Shown here in pieces: positions 1 through 9,673 of a stretch of 64,000 nucleotides of DNA. Source of the stretch: Chitinophagales bacterium (GTDB lineage Bacteria; Bacteroidota; Bacteroidia; Chitinophagales; JAHQVX01); assembly GCA_965215685.1 (NCBI GenBank), contig OZ244113.1, positions 2,429,652 to 2,493,651 on the forward strand. Reading direction: 5' to 3'. Below the pieces are notes generated by a model. It saw only the letters and a list, made by a program, of their open reading frames with translations. It was not told the origin of the DNA and searched no databases. The translations under genes were made by a program, and so were the position numbers. Numbering within the stretch: position 1 is the first letter of the stretch; the number at the start of each line of letters is the position of its first letter.

Positions 1-1
1 A

Positions 2-205
2 AAATGGTTGGATAATAAGTTTTGGGGAGTATCCACCAAATACTTACAGCAATACCTCAATTGGTTTAAGCTAAAACAAACGCTAAAAACCAGTAGAAAC
101 TTCCTAAATGAGTTTGCTCAAAGGTCGGTAGAAGACATTCAGGCCTATGCTAAGTACAAGGCCATACCCGACAGGTATGAACTATTAATATCAACGCAAT
201 GTTAA
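2..205 (+). CDS. IS1595-family (ISXO2-like) transposase, C-terminal fragment; the 5' part lies outside the window
   Basis: Frame is open from nt 2 (KWLDNKFWGVSTKYLQQYLNWFKLK...), with stop at 203-205. The YLQxYLNWF tail is what I recall from IS1595-type DDE transposases. Recognition from memory only. Confidence 0.5.
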   Translation, partial: KWLDNKFWGVSTKYLQQYLNWFKLKQTLKTSRNFLNEFAQRSVEDIQAYAKYKAIPDRYELLISTQC

Positions 206-223
206 ACTACAGCCAATTAGATT

Positions 224-346
224 AACTACGAATTTGCGAATTAGCGCGAAAATCTTGGTGATTAATTTGGAACGAAGAGCACTAATGTGTTTCGCTGAAG
301 CGAAACTGAGGTAGTTGCCAACGAAAAAATTCGTGCATTCGTGGTT
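224..346. repeat. MITE-like 123-bp element, ATTCGTG subfamily (copy A1)
   Basis: Termini AACTACGAATttGCGAAT ... ATTCGTGcATTCGTGGTT are inverted repeats made of a tandemly duplicated 7-8-mer. Internal hairpin GTTTCGC-tgaa-GCGAAAC. Same length and architecture as 44199-44322. Confidence 0.6.
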
Positions 347-458
347 AAAAAATTGATAATCAAATCACTGTAAAAGTTTCTTACGTCGAATTCACGTTGT
401 ATTAAGTCTAATAGCAAAATACACAAATTAATTGTAAGCCTTTGATTTTGAGATATTT

Positions 459-506
459 GAGTCTTGAGTCTTGTGTCTTGTGTCTTGGTTCTTGGCTCTT
501 AGAGTC
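459..506 (+). repeat. Short tandem 'stutter' repeat, (G)TCTTG x6
   Basis: GAGTCTTGAGTCTTGTGTCTTGTGTCTTGGTTCTTGGCTCTTAG. It contains the GTCTTGTGTCTTGGTT pattern shared with the other GTGGTT-type termini in the window. Confidence 0.55.
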
Positions 507-531
507 TATATAATTCGGGTTATTAGGTGGA

Positions 532-591
532 AAGATCGGCGTAGTACTCTATGATATGACCACTCTGTATTTTGAAACTTCAATGTGGTAA
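532..591 (+). pseudogene. Relic (about 20 codons) of an IS4/IS1634-like transposase
   Basis: Translates KIGVVLYDMTTLYFETSMW*, resembling the YDxTTLYFE N-terminal motif I associate with IS1634/IS4-like transposases. No start codon and no remaining ORF. Confidence 0.35.
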
Positions 592-695
592 AAACTTGAA
601 TGGCATAAGCGTGTAATTTTACAAATGAGTACTCTTTTTCTTTTTCAATTTAGTCCGGAAAATATTTTTTCACTTATATTTGTTCTTGACATAAC

Positions 696-727
696 AAGGG
701 GAGTCGCAAGCGGCTCCCTTATTTTTT
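696..727 (+). terminator. Rho-independent terminator-like hairpin with T-tract (orphan, no obvious upstream gene)
   Basis: AAGGGGAGTCGC-aag-GCGGCTCCCTT followed by ATTTTTT. About 10 bp of stem with one bulge. Confidence 0.35.
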
Positions 728-970
728 AATTAATACCTTTTTAGTTCATCAATCATGATAATATTTAAGCTAAAAAGGGGGATGAGAGTATTAGGCCAGC
801 CAAGGATTTACAGGCCAAATTTACACAAACATAAAGTGCTTCAAGGAGCATATTTAACAATCGAAAAGTTATCGATTGTTCAAGTATGTAAAAGAAATAA
901 ACCAATATTTTAAATAGGGTTTACCCTTGTTAACGGCACTTATGAAAAATATAAATCTCTAACGTGGGGG

Positions 971-3418
971 ATGATTATTGGGCTATTGCTATGGAGTAAC
1001 TTTCTATTTACTCAGCATCAAAGCAGGCCTGTAAACCGAATAGATAAAAATGTACTACTCAATAGTATAGATGACCAGTTTACCCCTGAACAACTGGTTG
1101 ATGAATTGTTGCTCAATTCGAACTGTATTAATGTAAGCAATGTTAGATCGCAGGGCCAAAGTGGAATTGGGTACTTCCAGCAATCGCAGTATCTAAATAT
1201 TGGAATTCCTTCAGGAGTGGTATTAACAACCGGAAGCTTGTCACAGTTGGAAGGCCCAAATACAGGAACATCCGATGCATCTTCAGATAACAATAATCCA
1301 AATGGAGACGCAGACCTTGAAGCATTATTTAATGTAACAACTACTAATGCGGTAACTCTGGAGTTTGACTTTATTCCTACCGCAGATAAAATAGCATTTA
1401 CAATGGTTTTCGCCAGTGAGGAATATCCTGAATATGTTTGCTCAGGCTTCAATGATGTGGTTGGAGTTTTTGTAAACGAAATAGGTAATAGCAATGCAGA
1501 TAATTACGCTTTCATACCGGGAACGAAGATGCCGATCTCAATTAATTCACTAAACAATGGCAGCCCCGGTTCTCAAGGGAGTTCTGATTTATGTATAAGC
1601 CTTAATCATAGCAATTTGTTTGAAGATAATTTGGCACCGAATAGTCCTGATACCAGGTTAGACGGATATTCCAAGCCTATTACCGTACAGATAGAAGGAT
1701 TGAATACATGTGCGCAATACCGTATAAAATTTGCAATAGCAGATTCCGGAGACAGTGTTATGGATAGTGCATTGTTTATTGGCAGTAATAGCCTGGTTGA
1801 TGGTAGCGGTTTGCAAATTGATGCCCTGGGTTACAATCAAATTGATGATTTGGCTGTAGAAGGATGCCATCCTTCTTTCTTTCGTTTTACTCGTCCGGCA
1901 AATTATCCCGTTGATGTTCCTTACACGTTAAACTTAACATATGGTGGTACAGCAACTGCCGGAGATGACTATGCGGCTTTGCCGGCAAGCATTACCATTC
2001 CAGCGGGTGAAATGGAATATTTGTTAGATGTTGAAGTCTATTTGGATACGGATTTATTTGAACCGACAGAAACTATAATCGTTACAACTGAGATTAAGGA
2101 CTGCTCATGTGCCAGAGCCTTTATTTCTTCAACACTAACTATTCTAAACCGGCAGCCCTACACTATTGACACGGCTATTTGTGAAGGAGAAACGTACACA
2201 CTTCCGGATGGTAAAGTGGTTGATAGTGGTGTAGGCGGATCATATACAGGCATAATGCCGGAACCGGATCCTAATTATCCTGACTGCGATTTTATTTATT
2301 ACGCGCTTATTACAGTAGCACCGGTTTATGACATGAATGTTGATTTAAACTTTTGTCCTGATGATACTCGTGAACTGCCTAACGGCGAAACAATCTCCAC
2401 AGAAGGAGAATATGAGGTATTGTATGAATCGCAGGCCGGTTGCGACTCATTGGTTACTTATCATGTCTCCTTTAGAGAAGATATTGTTGAAGAACAAAAA
2501 GCAGAAATATGCGAAGGCGAAGAATATGTTCTTCCGGGAACGCTTGAAATTGTAAATCCGTCACCCGGTGAATACAATTATAACTGGACAGGGCTTACAC
2601 AATATGGCTGCGACTCGATTATTAATACACATTTAACTGTATATGATGCCTTTGAGGAATATTTGAACAAGGATTTATGTGAGGGTGAAGTTTATCGTGG
2701 TCCGGACGGAATGGACTATAATAAGAATACTCAAAAAACCTTTGTATATACAAGTTTAAGAACCGGATGTGACTCATTAGTTTACATGAATTTACGCTTT
2801 CATCCACCATATAAAGCGTTGCAAGCCTCTGCGATTATTAATTTTTGCGAAGGTTCTTCAACTACATTACCGGATGGTAGAGAAGTTTCGCAACCAGGAA
2901 AGTATAGTGCAACTTTCCAAAATCAATATGGATGCGATTCAACCGTAATTTATCAGGTTAATGAAATTCTTACCGAAAGAGAAGATGTTAATTACAAGCG
3001 ATGCGGCCTGGGTGAATATACCCTGCCCGGCGGTGATGTTGTTACAGAGCCGGGTATATATATAGACACCTTGGTTAGCGCACTTGGTTGCGACTTAATT
3101 GTAACTACGGAAATTGAAGAATTCAATATAGTATTGGCATCGGCCTTTACGCCGAATCGTAATGGTCAAAACGATTTTATGTTTGTCTCAAACCCTGAAA
3201 TATGTGGTGTAGAGCAAATAGAGTTGAATGTTTACAACAGGTATGGTGAGTTAATATTTGAAAGCAGGGATATACAAAACCGATGGGATGGCTCAGATAG
3301 GAATGGCGAACCGGCACCGGCGGGTTTATACTTAGTTACCGGAAAAGCAGTTATGCGTGATGAACTAGGCAATGAAAAGACAGTGAAGATTGAAGGAGGT
3401 ACTACGTTAATTCGATAA
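971..3418 (+). CDS. Choice-of-anchor L domain protein with a Calx-beta-like segment, six Cys-containing repeat modules and a T9SS type B (gliding-motility C-terminal) sorting domain
   Basis: 815-aa ORF. N-terminal FTPEQLVDELLL...VTLEFDFIPTADKIAFTMVFASEEYPEYVCSGFNDVVGVFV fits the choice-of-anchor L pattern. GGTATAGDDYAALPASITIPAGE is Calx-beta-like. C-terminal FTPNRNGQNDFMFV...YNRYGELIFES...WDGSDRNGEPAPAGLY is the type B sorting-domain pattern. Confidence 0.8.
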   Translation: MIIGLLLWSNFLFTQHQSRPVNRIDKNVLLNSIDDQFTPEQLVDELLLNSNCINVSNVRSQGQSGIGYFQQSQYLNIGIPSGVVLTTGSLSQLEGPNTGTSDASSDNNNPNGDADLEALFNVTTTNAVTLEFDFIPTADKIAFTMVFASEEYPEYVCSGFNDVVGVFVNEIGNSNADNYAFIPGTKMPISINSLNNGSPGSQGSSDLCISLNHSNLFEDNLAPNSPDTRLDGYSKPITVQIEGLNTCAQYRIKFAIADSGDSVMDSALFIGSNSLVDGSGLQIDALGYNQIDDLAVEGCHPSFFRFTRPANYPVDVPYTLNLTYGGTATAGDDYAALPASITIPAGEMEYLLDVEVYLDTDLFEPTETIIVTTEIKDCSCARAFISSTLTILNRQPYTIDTAICEGETYTLPDGKVVDSGVGGSYTGIMPEPDPNYPDCDFIYYALITVAPVYDMNVDLNFCPDDTRELPNGETISTEGEYEVLYESQAGCDSLVTYHVSFREDIVEEQKAEICEGEEYVLPGTLEIVNPSPGEYNYNWTGLTQYGCDSIINTHLTVYDAFEEYLNKDLCEGEVYRGPDGMDYNKNTQKTFVYTSLRTGCDSLVYMNLRFHPPYKALQASAIINFCEGSSTTLPDGREVSQPGKYSATFQNQYGCDSTVIYQVNEILTEREDVNYKRCGLGEYTLPGGDVVTEPGIYIDTLVSALGCDLIVTTEIEEFNIVLASAFTPNRNGQNDFMFVSNPEICGVEQIELNVYNRYGELIFESRDIQNRWDGSDRNGEPAPAGLYLVTGKAVMRDELGNEKTVKIEGGTTLIR

Positions 3419-3458
3419 TTACATAGTGGGTTGGGTTATATGCAGGGTAAGTACTCCA

Positions 3459-5315
3459 TCAGGGAGTGCTTACCTTGCTTAATTTTTTAAAAATAATATT
3501 GGCCTTACTATTACCTGCTACTGCCTTAAGCTCGGCCTTGCTTGCACTCTTGATCTTAGTTACCGATTTAAAATGTGAAAGCAGCTTTTCGGCCGTTTTA
3601 GGACCAATGCCCTTTATATCTGTAAGTTCGGTTTTAAGTGTTTTCTTATCTCTCTTTTTTCTGTGAAACTCAATGGCAAACCGGTGGGCTTCGTTTCTGG
3701 CTTGTTGTATAAGTTTTAAAGAGGGAGATCGTTTATCAATGTACAGTGGCAGCGAATCACCGGGGAAATATATTTCTTCTAATTTTTTAGCTATACCAAT
3801 TACGGTAAGCTTATCGCTAATGCCAAGTAGCTTAAGACTTTTTACGGCAGATGACAATTGTCCCTTGCCACCATCTATTATAATTAGTTGGGGCAGGTCC
3901 GAATCTTCTTCAAGTAGTCTGCGATATCTTCTAAAAACCACTTCTTCCATGCTGGCAAAATCGTTAGGTCCGCTAACTGTTTTTATATTAAAATGCCGGT
4001 ATTCGCTTTTAAACGGCTTACCGTTTTTAAAACAAACCACCGAAGCTACCGGGCTATCGCCCTGAAAGTTTGAGTTGTCAAAGCATTCAATATGCACGGG
4101 CAATTCCTTCATACGCAAATCTTCCTGAAGCTTTTGCAGTACCGGATTAACTCTAAATCGCCGGGCCAGGTTTAGCTTTGCCCGTTCTTTTTCCTTCAAC
4201 TTCACCATAGCATTGTGCGTACTCAGATCAAGCAGCTTTTTTTTATCTCCGATTTTGGGCACAATTACCTTCGTGATTTCTGAAACTGTTTCAAACATTT
4301 CACCGGCTAACAACTCTTTCCCGAAATCAATGCCCTGTGATTCCAGTTCCAGATAAGCTATTTGAAGTAAGTCTGATGTGCTTTCATCTAAATTTTGCTT
4401 TATCTCAAGGCTTTTTATCTGAATAATGCTTCCGTTGCTCACCTTTAGGTAATTCACGAAGGCCTGGTTTCCCGCACTTGCAATTCCCATTACATCCAGG
4501 TTTTTTAAGCGCGGATTAACCACGGTTGATTTAAGCTTAAAAGTATCAATGTAGGCCAAGCGGTCCTTGTCTTCCTGTGCTTTTTCAAAATCCAGATTTG
4601 CCGCATGTACCTTCATGCTTTCCTTCAGGTCACGTACAACACCGCCAAGATCACCACGTAAAATCTCTCGTATTCGACCAACATTTTTGTCATAATTACG
4701 CTTAGGGTGTCCACCAACACATGGTCCCAGGCAGTTTTTGATATGGTACTCAAGACATACCTTGTATTTGCCGGCTTCTACTTTTTCGGGCGATAGATTC
4801 AAATTACAGGTACGAAGCGGATACAGGTCTTTAATAAAATTAAGTATGGCCCTGCTGCGATGTAATGAAGTATATGGCCCGAAATATTCGCTGCCGTCAC
4901 GTATAAATTTCCGGGTGAAAAATATCCGTGGGAATGGCTCCTTTTTTATGACTATGTACGGATAGGTTTTATCGTCCTTGAGCATCACATTGTATTTGGG
5001 TTGGTGCTTTTTGATCAATGTGTTTTCCAGTAACAAAGCATCACGTTCGTTGTTGACTACGCTGTATTCAATTTTATTAATTTGACGAACAAGCAGGGTG
5101 AGCTTTGCGCCCATATTCTTTTTTTTGGTGAAATAGGACGATACACGCTTTTTTATATTCTTGGCTTTCCCGACATAAAGTAGTTTACCGCCTTTGTCGT
5201 AATAGCGGTATATGCCCGGGTTGTTGGGCAGCGATGGTCGTATGCCGGCAAAAGCTTCGCTAGTCATTTGTTGTAAAGATATTGAGTTAGCTGCTGTAAT
5301 TCTCTCGGAGAACAT
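3459..5315 (-). CDS. uvrC: Excinuclease ABC subunit C
   Basis: 618 aa. GIY-YIG motif (PGIYRYYDKGGKLLYVGKAKNIKKRVSSY), UVR region, and C-terminal helix-hairpin-helix (IKGIGPKTAEKLL). The start may instead be the internal Met at 5267. Confidence 0.94.
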   Translation of the reverse strand: MFSERITAANSISLQQMTSEAFAGIRPSLPNNPGIYRYYDKGGKLLYVGKAKNIKKRVSSYFTKKKNMGAKLTLLVRQINKIEYSVVNNERDALLLENTLIKKHQPKYNVMLKDDKTYPYIVIKKEPFPRIFFTRKFIRDGSEYFGPYTSLHRSRAILNFIKDLYPLRTCNLNLSPEKVEAGKYKVCLEYHIKNCLGPCVGGHPKRNYDKNVGRIREILRGDLGGVVRDLKESMKVHAANLDFEKAQEDKDRLAYIDTFKLKSTVVNPRLKNLDVMGIASAGNQAFVNYLKVSNGSIIQIKSLEIKQNLDESTSDLLQIAYLELESQGIDFGKELLAGEMFETVSEITKVIVPKIGDKKKLLDLSTHNAMVKLKEKERAKLNLARRFRVNPVLQKLQEDLRMKELPVHIECFDNSNFQGDSPVASVVCFKNGKPFKSEYRHFNIKTVSGPNDFASMEEVVFRRYRRLLEEDSDLPQLIIIDGGKGQLSSAVKSLKLLGISDKLTVIGIAKKLEEIYFPGDSLPLYIDKRSPSLKLIQQARNEAHRFAIEFHRKKRDKKTLKTELTDIKGIGPKTAEKLLSHFKSVTKIKSASKAELKAVAGNSKANIIFKKLSKVSTP

Positions 5316-5375
5316 ACAACCGTGAAACTGTGAAAGTTATCTTTACCACTATTAATTGATATCACCATATAATAA

Positions 5376-8300
5376 ATGACCAACTCTTCCCAAATAAAAC
5401 CCATAAGAAAACTGCTTGTAGCCAATCGTGGCGAAATTGCCATTCGTGTTTTTAGAGCTGCATCAGAATTAAATATTACCACAGTGGCTATTTATACCCA
5501 CGAAGACCGCTATTCCTTACACCGATACAAAGCAGATGAGGCCTATCAGGTAGGAGCTGACAATGAACCGCTTAAACCTTATTTAAACATTGAAGAGATT
5601 ATTCGGGTGGCTAAAGAAAACCAGGTAGATGCCATTCATCCGGGCTATGGATTCTTGTCGGAGAATGAAAATTTTGCACAAGCCTGTATCGAAGCAGAAA
5701 TTATTTGGATTGGTCCTTCTCCGCGGGTTATGGCGGCGTTGGGAGACAAAATATCAGCCAAAAAAGTAGCGCAAGGGGCGGGTGTACCAATTATTGATGC
5801 AAGTAAGGGAGCCATTAAGAGTTTAAATGAACTTAAATCCGAAGCTCAAAGAATAGGTCTTCCGGTAATGCTAAAGGCTGCATCGGGTGGTGGTGGACGT
5901 GGAATGCGAGTTGTACGTAATGATGCTGATTTGGAAAAGGCATTTAAAGAAGCATCAGGCGAAGCTAAAACAGCCTTTGGAAATGCCGCCGTTTTTGTAG
6001 AAAAGTATATTGAAAAGCCGCGGCATCTTGAAGTGCAGTTACTTGGTGATAGCCATGGTAATCTGGTGCATTTATTTGAACGTGATTGCTCGGTTCAACG
6101 GCGTTTTCAAAAAGTGGTTGAAATTGCGCCCTGCACCAATTTAAAGCAGGAAACCAAAGAAAAACTATATAGCTATGCACTGGCCATTGGAAACGAGGTA
6201 GGCTATCAGAATACAGGTACTGTGGAGTTTTTGGTGGATGCAGCTGAAAATATTTTCTTCATTGAAGTTAATACCAGAATTCAGGTAGAGCATACAGTTA
6301 CCGAGGTGGTAACCGGTGTGGACATTGTGCGCAGTCAAATACTAATTGCTGAAGGTTTGCCCCTGCATCATGAACAGGTGGGTTTAGCAAATCAGGCCGA
6401 GATAAACTATCGTGGTGTAGCACTACAATGTCGAATTACCACTGAAGATCCAAGCGATAACTTTAAACCTGATTATGGCCGTATAGTTGTGTATAGAAGT
6501 GCGAGCGGCTTTGGAATTCGTTTGGATGCCGGAAATGCCTATCCGGGCTGTACTATCTCACCTTTCTTCGATAGTATGTTGGTAAAGGTAACCGCCTGGG
6601 GTAACAACCTTGAAGATGCCGCAGCCCGCATGCACCGTGCCCTGCGTGAGTTTAGAATACGGGGTGTTAAATCCAATATTGGTTTTCTGCTCAACTTGTT
6701 AAAACATGAGGAATTTAGAAGTGGAAATACCACTGTTCATTTTATTGGCGAGCATCCTGAACTATTAGAACCGCCCGCGTGGAAAGACAGAGCCACCAAA
6801 CTAATTCGTTACATCGGGGATGTAAACGTAAACGGCCATCCCGATATAAAATATGTGAATCATGATAAAATATTGAAAGAAGCTGTTGTTCCCGAAAGCA
6901 AAGCTGCCAGGCAAAACGGCAGTAAACAACGACTTACCGAACTCGGCCCCGAAAAATTTGCTAAATGGTTGAAAGACGAACCTAATATACACTATACCGA
7001 TACTACTTTCAGAGATGCCCATCAATCCTTGCTCGCTACACGTGTACGCACATACGATCTGATGCAGGTGGCCGAAAGTTTTTCAAAAAATGTGGCCCAC
7101 GATCTTTTCTCTATGGAAGTTTGGGGCGGTGCCACTTTCGATGTGGCTATGCGCTTTTTAAAAGAATGTCCCTGGCAAAGACTAGCCGTCATACGGGAAT
7201 CCATACCTAACACCTTGCTACAGATGCTGCTTAGAGGATCTAACGCGGTAGGTTATAAGGCTTATCCTGATAATCTGGTAGAAGAATTTGTGGAGCAGGC
7301 CTGGAAAACGGGTATTGATGTTTTTCGGATTTTCGATTCATTGAACTGGATGGAAGCCATGAAAACCAGTGTGAAAGCGGTTAGAGAACGTACCGATGCC
7401 CTTGCCGAAGTTTGTATTTGCTATACCGGAAATGTATTGCAGGAAAAGGATAACAAATTCAACATACAATACTATCTCAACCTTGCCCGACAGATAGAAG
7501 ATGAAGGAGCTCATATCATCTGTATTAAAGATATGGCCGGCTTGCTGAAACCCGATGCGGCGACATTCCTGATCTCGAGATTAAAAGAAGAAGTTGACCT
7601 TCCAATTCACCTGCACACGCACGATACATCTTCCATTCAAACAGCAACGTATTTAAAGGCTGTTGATGCCGGAGTAGATGTAGTGGATGTAGCCCTGGCA
7701 TCGCTGTCCGGCCTTACTTCTCAGCCCAGCTTTAACTCTGTAGTAGCTATGTTGGAAGGCCACAACCGTGAGAATAAAATTGATTTAGACGAGCTTAACC
7801 GGTACTCTACGTATTGGGAGACAGTACGAACTTATTACTATCCGTTTGAAACGGAGTTAAAGGCAGGAACAGCCGAAGTTTATGACCATGAAATACCTGG
7901 TGGACAATACTCGAATCTCAGGCCTCAGGCACGCGGACTTGGGCTTGAAGATAAATTTGAGCAGATAAAGGAGAACTACAAAACGGTAAATAGGATGTTG
8001 GGTGGTATGGTAAAGGTTACGCCCTCATCTAAAGTTGTGGGCGATATGGCTATGTTCATGACGGCCAACCATTTAACAGAAGAAGATATATGGGAAAAGG
8101 GTGAAAGCCTGGCCTTCCCAGACTCTATGATCTCTCTTATGAAAGGCGAGTTAGGTCAGCGGGAAGAAGGCTGGCCCGAAAAGTTGCAAAAAATGGTTTT
8201 GAAAAACGAAAAACCATTTACCGACAGGCCCAATGCTCATCTGTACCCTATTGATTTTGAGAAAGAGTATGCTGTTTTCAAGAAAGACTTTCCGGAAATG

Positions 8301-8834
8301 AACGCTTTTGTCAATTTTCTGAGTTATAAACTATATCCAAAGGTATTTCAGCAGTTTTACGAACATTACGAAAAATATGGAGATACCAGTATTCTGCCAT
8401 CACCGGCATTTTTCTATGGCCTTTCACCACACAAAGAGATTTTGGCCGGTATATCGGAGGGTAAAAAAGTCATCATTGAATACTTGAATACCAATGCGCC
8501 TAATGAAAAAGGTGTTCGCCTTGTGTTCTTTAGGGTTAATGGCTCTATTCGTTCCATTCGGGTGAAAGATCAGGCCATCAAAACCGAAACGGTAATTCAT
8601 GTTAAGGCCAATAAAGAAGAGGAGATAGGTTCACCGCTGCAAGGCAGTTTATCGCGGGTGTTGGTAAAACCAGGTGATAAGGTAAAAGCCAGCGATGCCT
8701 TGTTTATAATTGAAGCCATGAAAATGGAAAGCACTATTACAGCCCCCAAAGCCGGCAGAGTAAAGAAAGTATATATCAAAGAAAACACCATGGTAGAGCA
8801 GGATGATCTGGTGGTGGAACTGGATTTTGAATGA
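5376..8834 (+). CDS. pyc: Pyruvate carboxylase, single-chain
   Basis: 1152 aa. N-terminal biotin carboxylase ATP-grasp (GGGGRGMRVV), central carboxyltransferase (LHTHDTS), and C-terminal biotinyl domain with EAMKME. Confidence 0.95.
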   Translation: MTNSSQIKPIRKLLVANRGEIAIRVFRAASELNITTVAIYTHEDRYSLHRYKADEAYQVGADNEPLKPYLNIEEIIRVAKENQVDAIHPGYGFLSENENFAQACIEAEIIWIGPSPRVMAALGDKISAKKVAQGAGVPIIDASKGAIKSLNELKSEAQRIGLPVMLKAASGGGGRGMRVVRNDADLEKAFKEASGEAKTAFGNAAVFVEKYIEKPRHLEVQLLGDSHGNLVHLFERDCSVQRRFQKVVEIAPCTNLKQETKEKLYSYALAIGNEVGYQNTGTVEFLVDAAENIFFIEVNTRIQVEHTVTEVVTGVDIVRSQILIAEGLPLHHEQVGLANQAEINYRGVALQCRITTEDPSDNFKPDYGRIVVYRSASGFGIRLDAGNAYPGCTISPFFDSMLVKVTAWGNNLEDAAARMHRALREFRIRGVKSNIGFLLNLLKHEEFRSGNTTVHFIGEHPELLEPPAWKDRATKLIRYIGDVNVNGHPDIKYVNHDKILKEAVVPESKAARQNGSKQRLTELGPEKFAKWLKDEPNIHYTDTTFRDAHQSLLATRVRTYDLMQVAESFSKNVAHDLFSMEVWGGATFDVAMRFLKECPWQRLAVIRESIPNTLLQMLLRGSNAVGYKAYPDNLVEEFVEQAWKTGIDVFRIFDSLNWMEAMKTSVKAVRERTDALAEVCICYTGNVLQEKDNKFNIQYYLNLARQIEDEGAHIICIKDMAGLLKPDAATFLISRLKEEVDLPIHLHTHDTSSIQTATYLKAVDAGVDVVDVALASLSGLTSQPSFNSVVAMLEGHNRENKIDLDELNRYSTYWETVRTYYYPFETELKAGTAEVYDHEIPGGQYSNLRPQARGLGLEDKFEQIKENYKTVNRMLGGMVKVTPSSKVVGDMAMFMTANHLTEEDIWEKGESLAFPDSMISLMKGELGQREEGWPEKLQKMVLKNEKPFTDRPNAHLYPIDFEKEYAVFKKDFPEMNAFVNFLSYKLYPKVFQQFYEHYEKYGDTSILPSPAFFYGLSPHKEILAGISEGKKVIIEYLNTNAPNEKGVRLVFFRVNGSIRSIRVKDQAIKTETVIHVKANKEEEIGSPLQGSLSRVLVKPGDKVKASDALFIIEAMKMESTITAPKAGRVKKVYIKENTMVEQDDLVVELDFE

Positions 8835-8844
8835 AATGAAATGT

Positions 8845-9630
8845 ATAGACCCTGAAAGGGTTCAATGTTTATAGCCATTAGATTTAAGGGTAATTCGACC
8901 CCTTCGGGGTCGCAGCAATAACCACCAATCTTGTAATAAGCATTTAATCCCTTCGGGATAATCACCTGCGAAGCCTTCGTTTGCCGGTATTTATAAGTTG
9001 GTGTAAACACAGCACGTTATGTCTATCTGCAATTAAGATTATAGAACCCTGAAAGGGTTCAATCTTTATAGCCATTAGATTTAAGGGTCATTCGACCCCT
9101 TCGGGGTCGCGGCAATAACCACCAATCTTGTTATAAGCATTTTATCCCTTCGGGATAATCACCTGCAAAACCTTCGTTTACCGGTATTTGTAAATTGGTG
9201 TAAACACAGCACGTTATGCCTTTCTGCAATTTTGATATAGAACCCTAAAAGGGTTCCATGTTTATAGCCTTTAGATTTAAGGGTAATTCGACCCCCTCGG
9301 GGTCGCAGCACTAACCGCCAATCTTGTTATAAATATTTTATCCCTTCGGGATAATCACCTGCAAGGCGTGAGTTTACCATCATTTTAAAGGTGCTGTAAA
9401 TAACCTTGATTTGATATGCCCGTTTAAAATTTGGAAGTAGAACCCTGAAAGGGTTCAATGTTTATGGTATGTACGTTTAAATGTTATTCGACCCCGAAGG
9501 GGTCGCACCTAAACCCCTGATCAAATAATATCTATTTAATCCCTTCGGGATCTTTCCGATGCAAAATTTACGCTCATACGAAAACGAACTCCGTACTTCC
9601 TTCACTTACCATTGCTTACGGATTATCGTT
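8845..9630 (+). repeat. Tandem array of four ~196-bp units, each with three conserved short hairpins
   Basis: Unit starts at 8845, 9041, 9237 and 9437. Each has GAACCCT-gaa-AGGGTTC, GACCCC-ttc-GGGGTC and ATCCC-ttc-GGGAT in the same order. The fourth copy is degenerate at its 3' end. Confidence 0.85.
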
Positions 9631-9673
9631 GACCTATCTTCGCAGCAATAAATTCAACTTTAAAAAACTTACC

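Noticed and set aside
625-729. 34-codon ORF (MSTLFLFQFSPENIFSLIFVLDITRGVASGSLIF) ending in the terminator-like hairpin
   Set aside because: No recognisable RBS context or homology. Its 3' third is simply the hairpin sequence. Too weak to call a small protein.
1018-1494. Antisense shadow ORFs inside large genes. Examples: 1018..1494, 3673..4065, 10382..10738, 31378..31866, 33621..34184, 54057..54524, 55476..56057, 58614..59084.
   Set aside because: Each is fully contained in, and antisense or out of frame to, a long ORF with clear family signatures. Their compositions are low-complexity mirror translations.
8597-9010. 137-aa minus-strand ORF spanning the pyc 3' end and the first repeat unit
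   Set aside because: It is antisense to the well-supported pyc C-terminus and runs into repeat DNA. No recognisable domain; shadow ORF.
8845-9630. Possible CRISPR array (regular repeats with short palindromes)
   Set aside because: The repeat unit is ~196 bp and the entire unit is repeated. There are no unique spacers of 25-50 bp between short direct repeats, and no cas genes are in the window.
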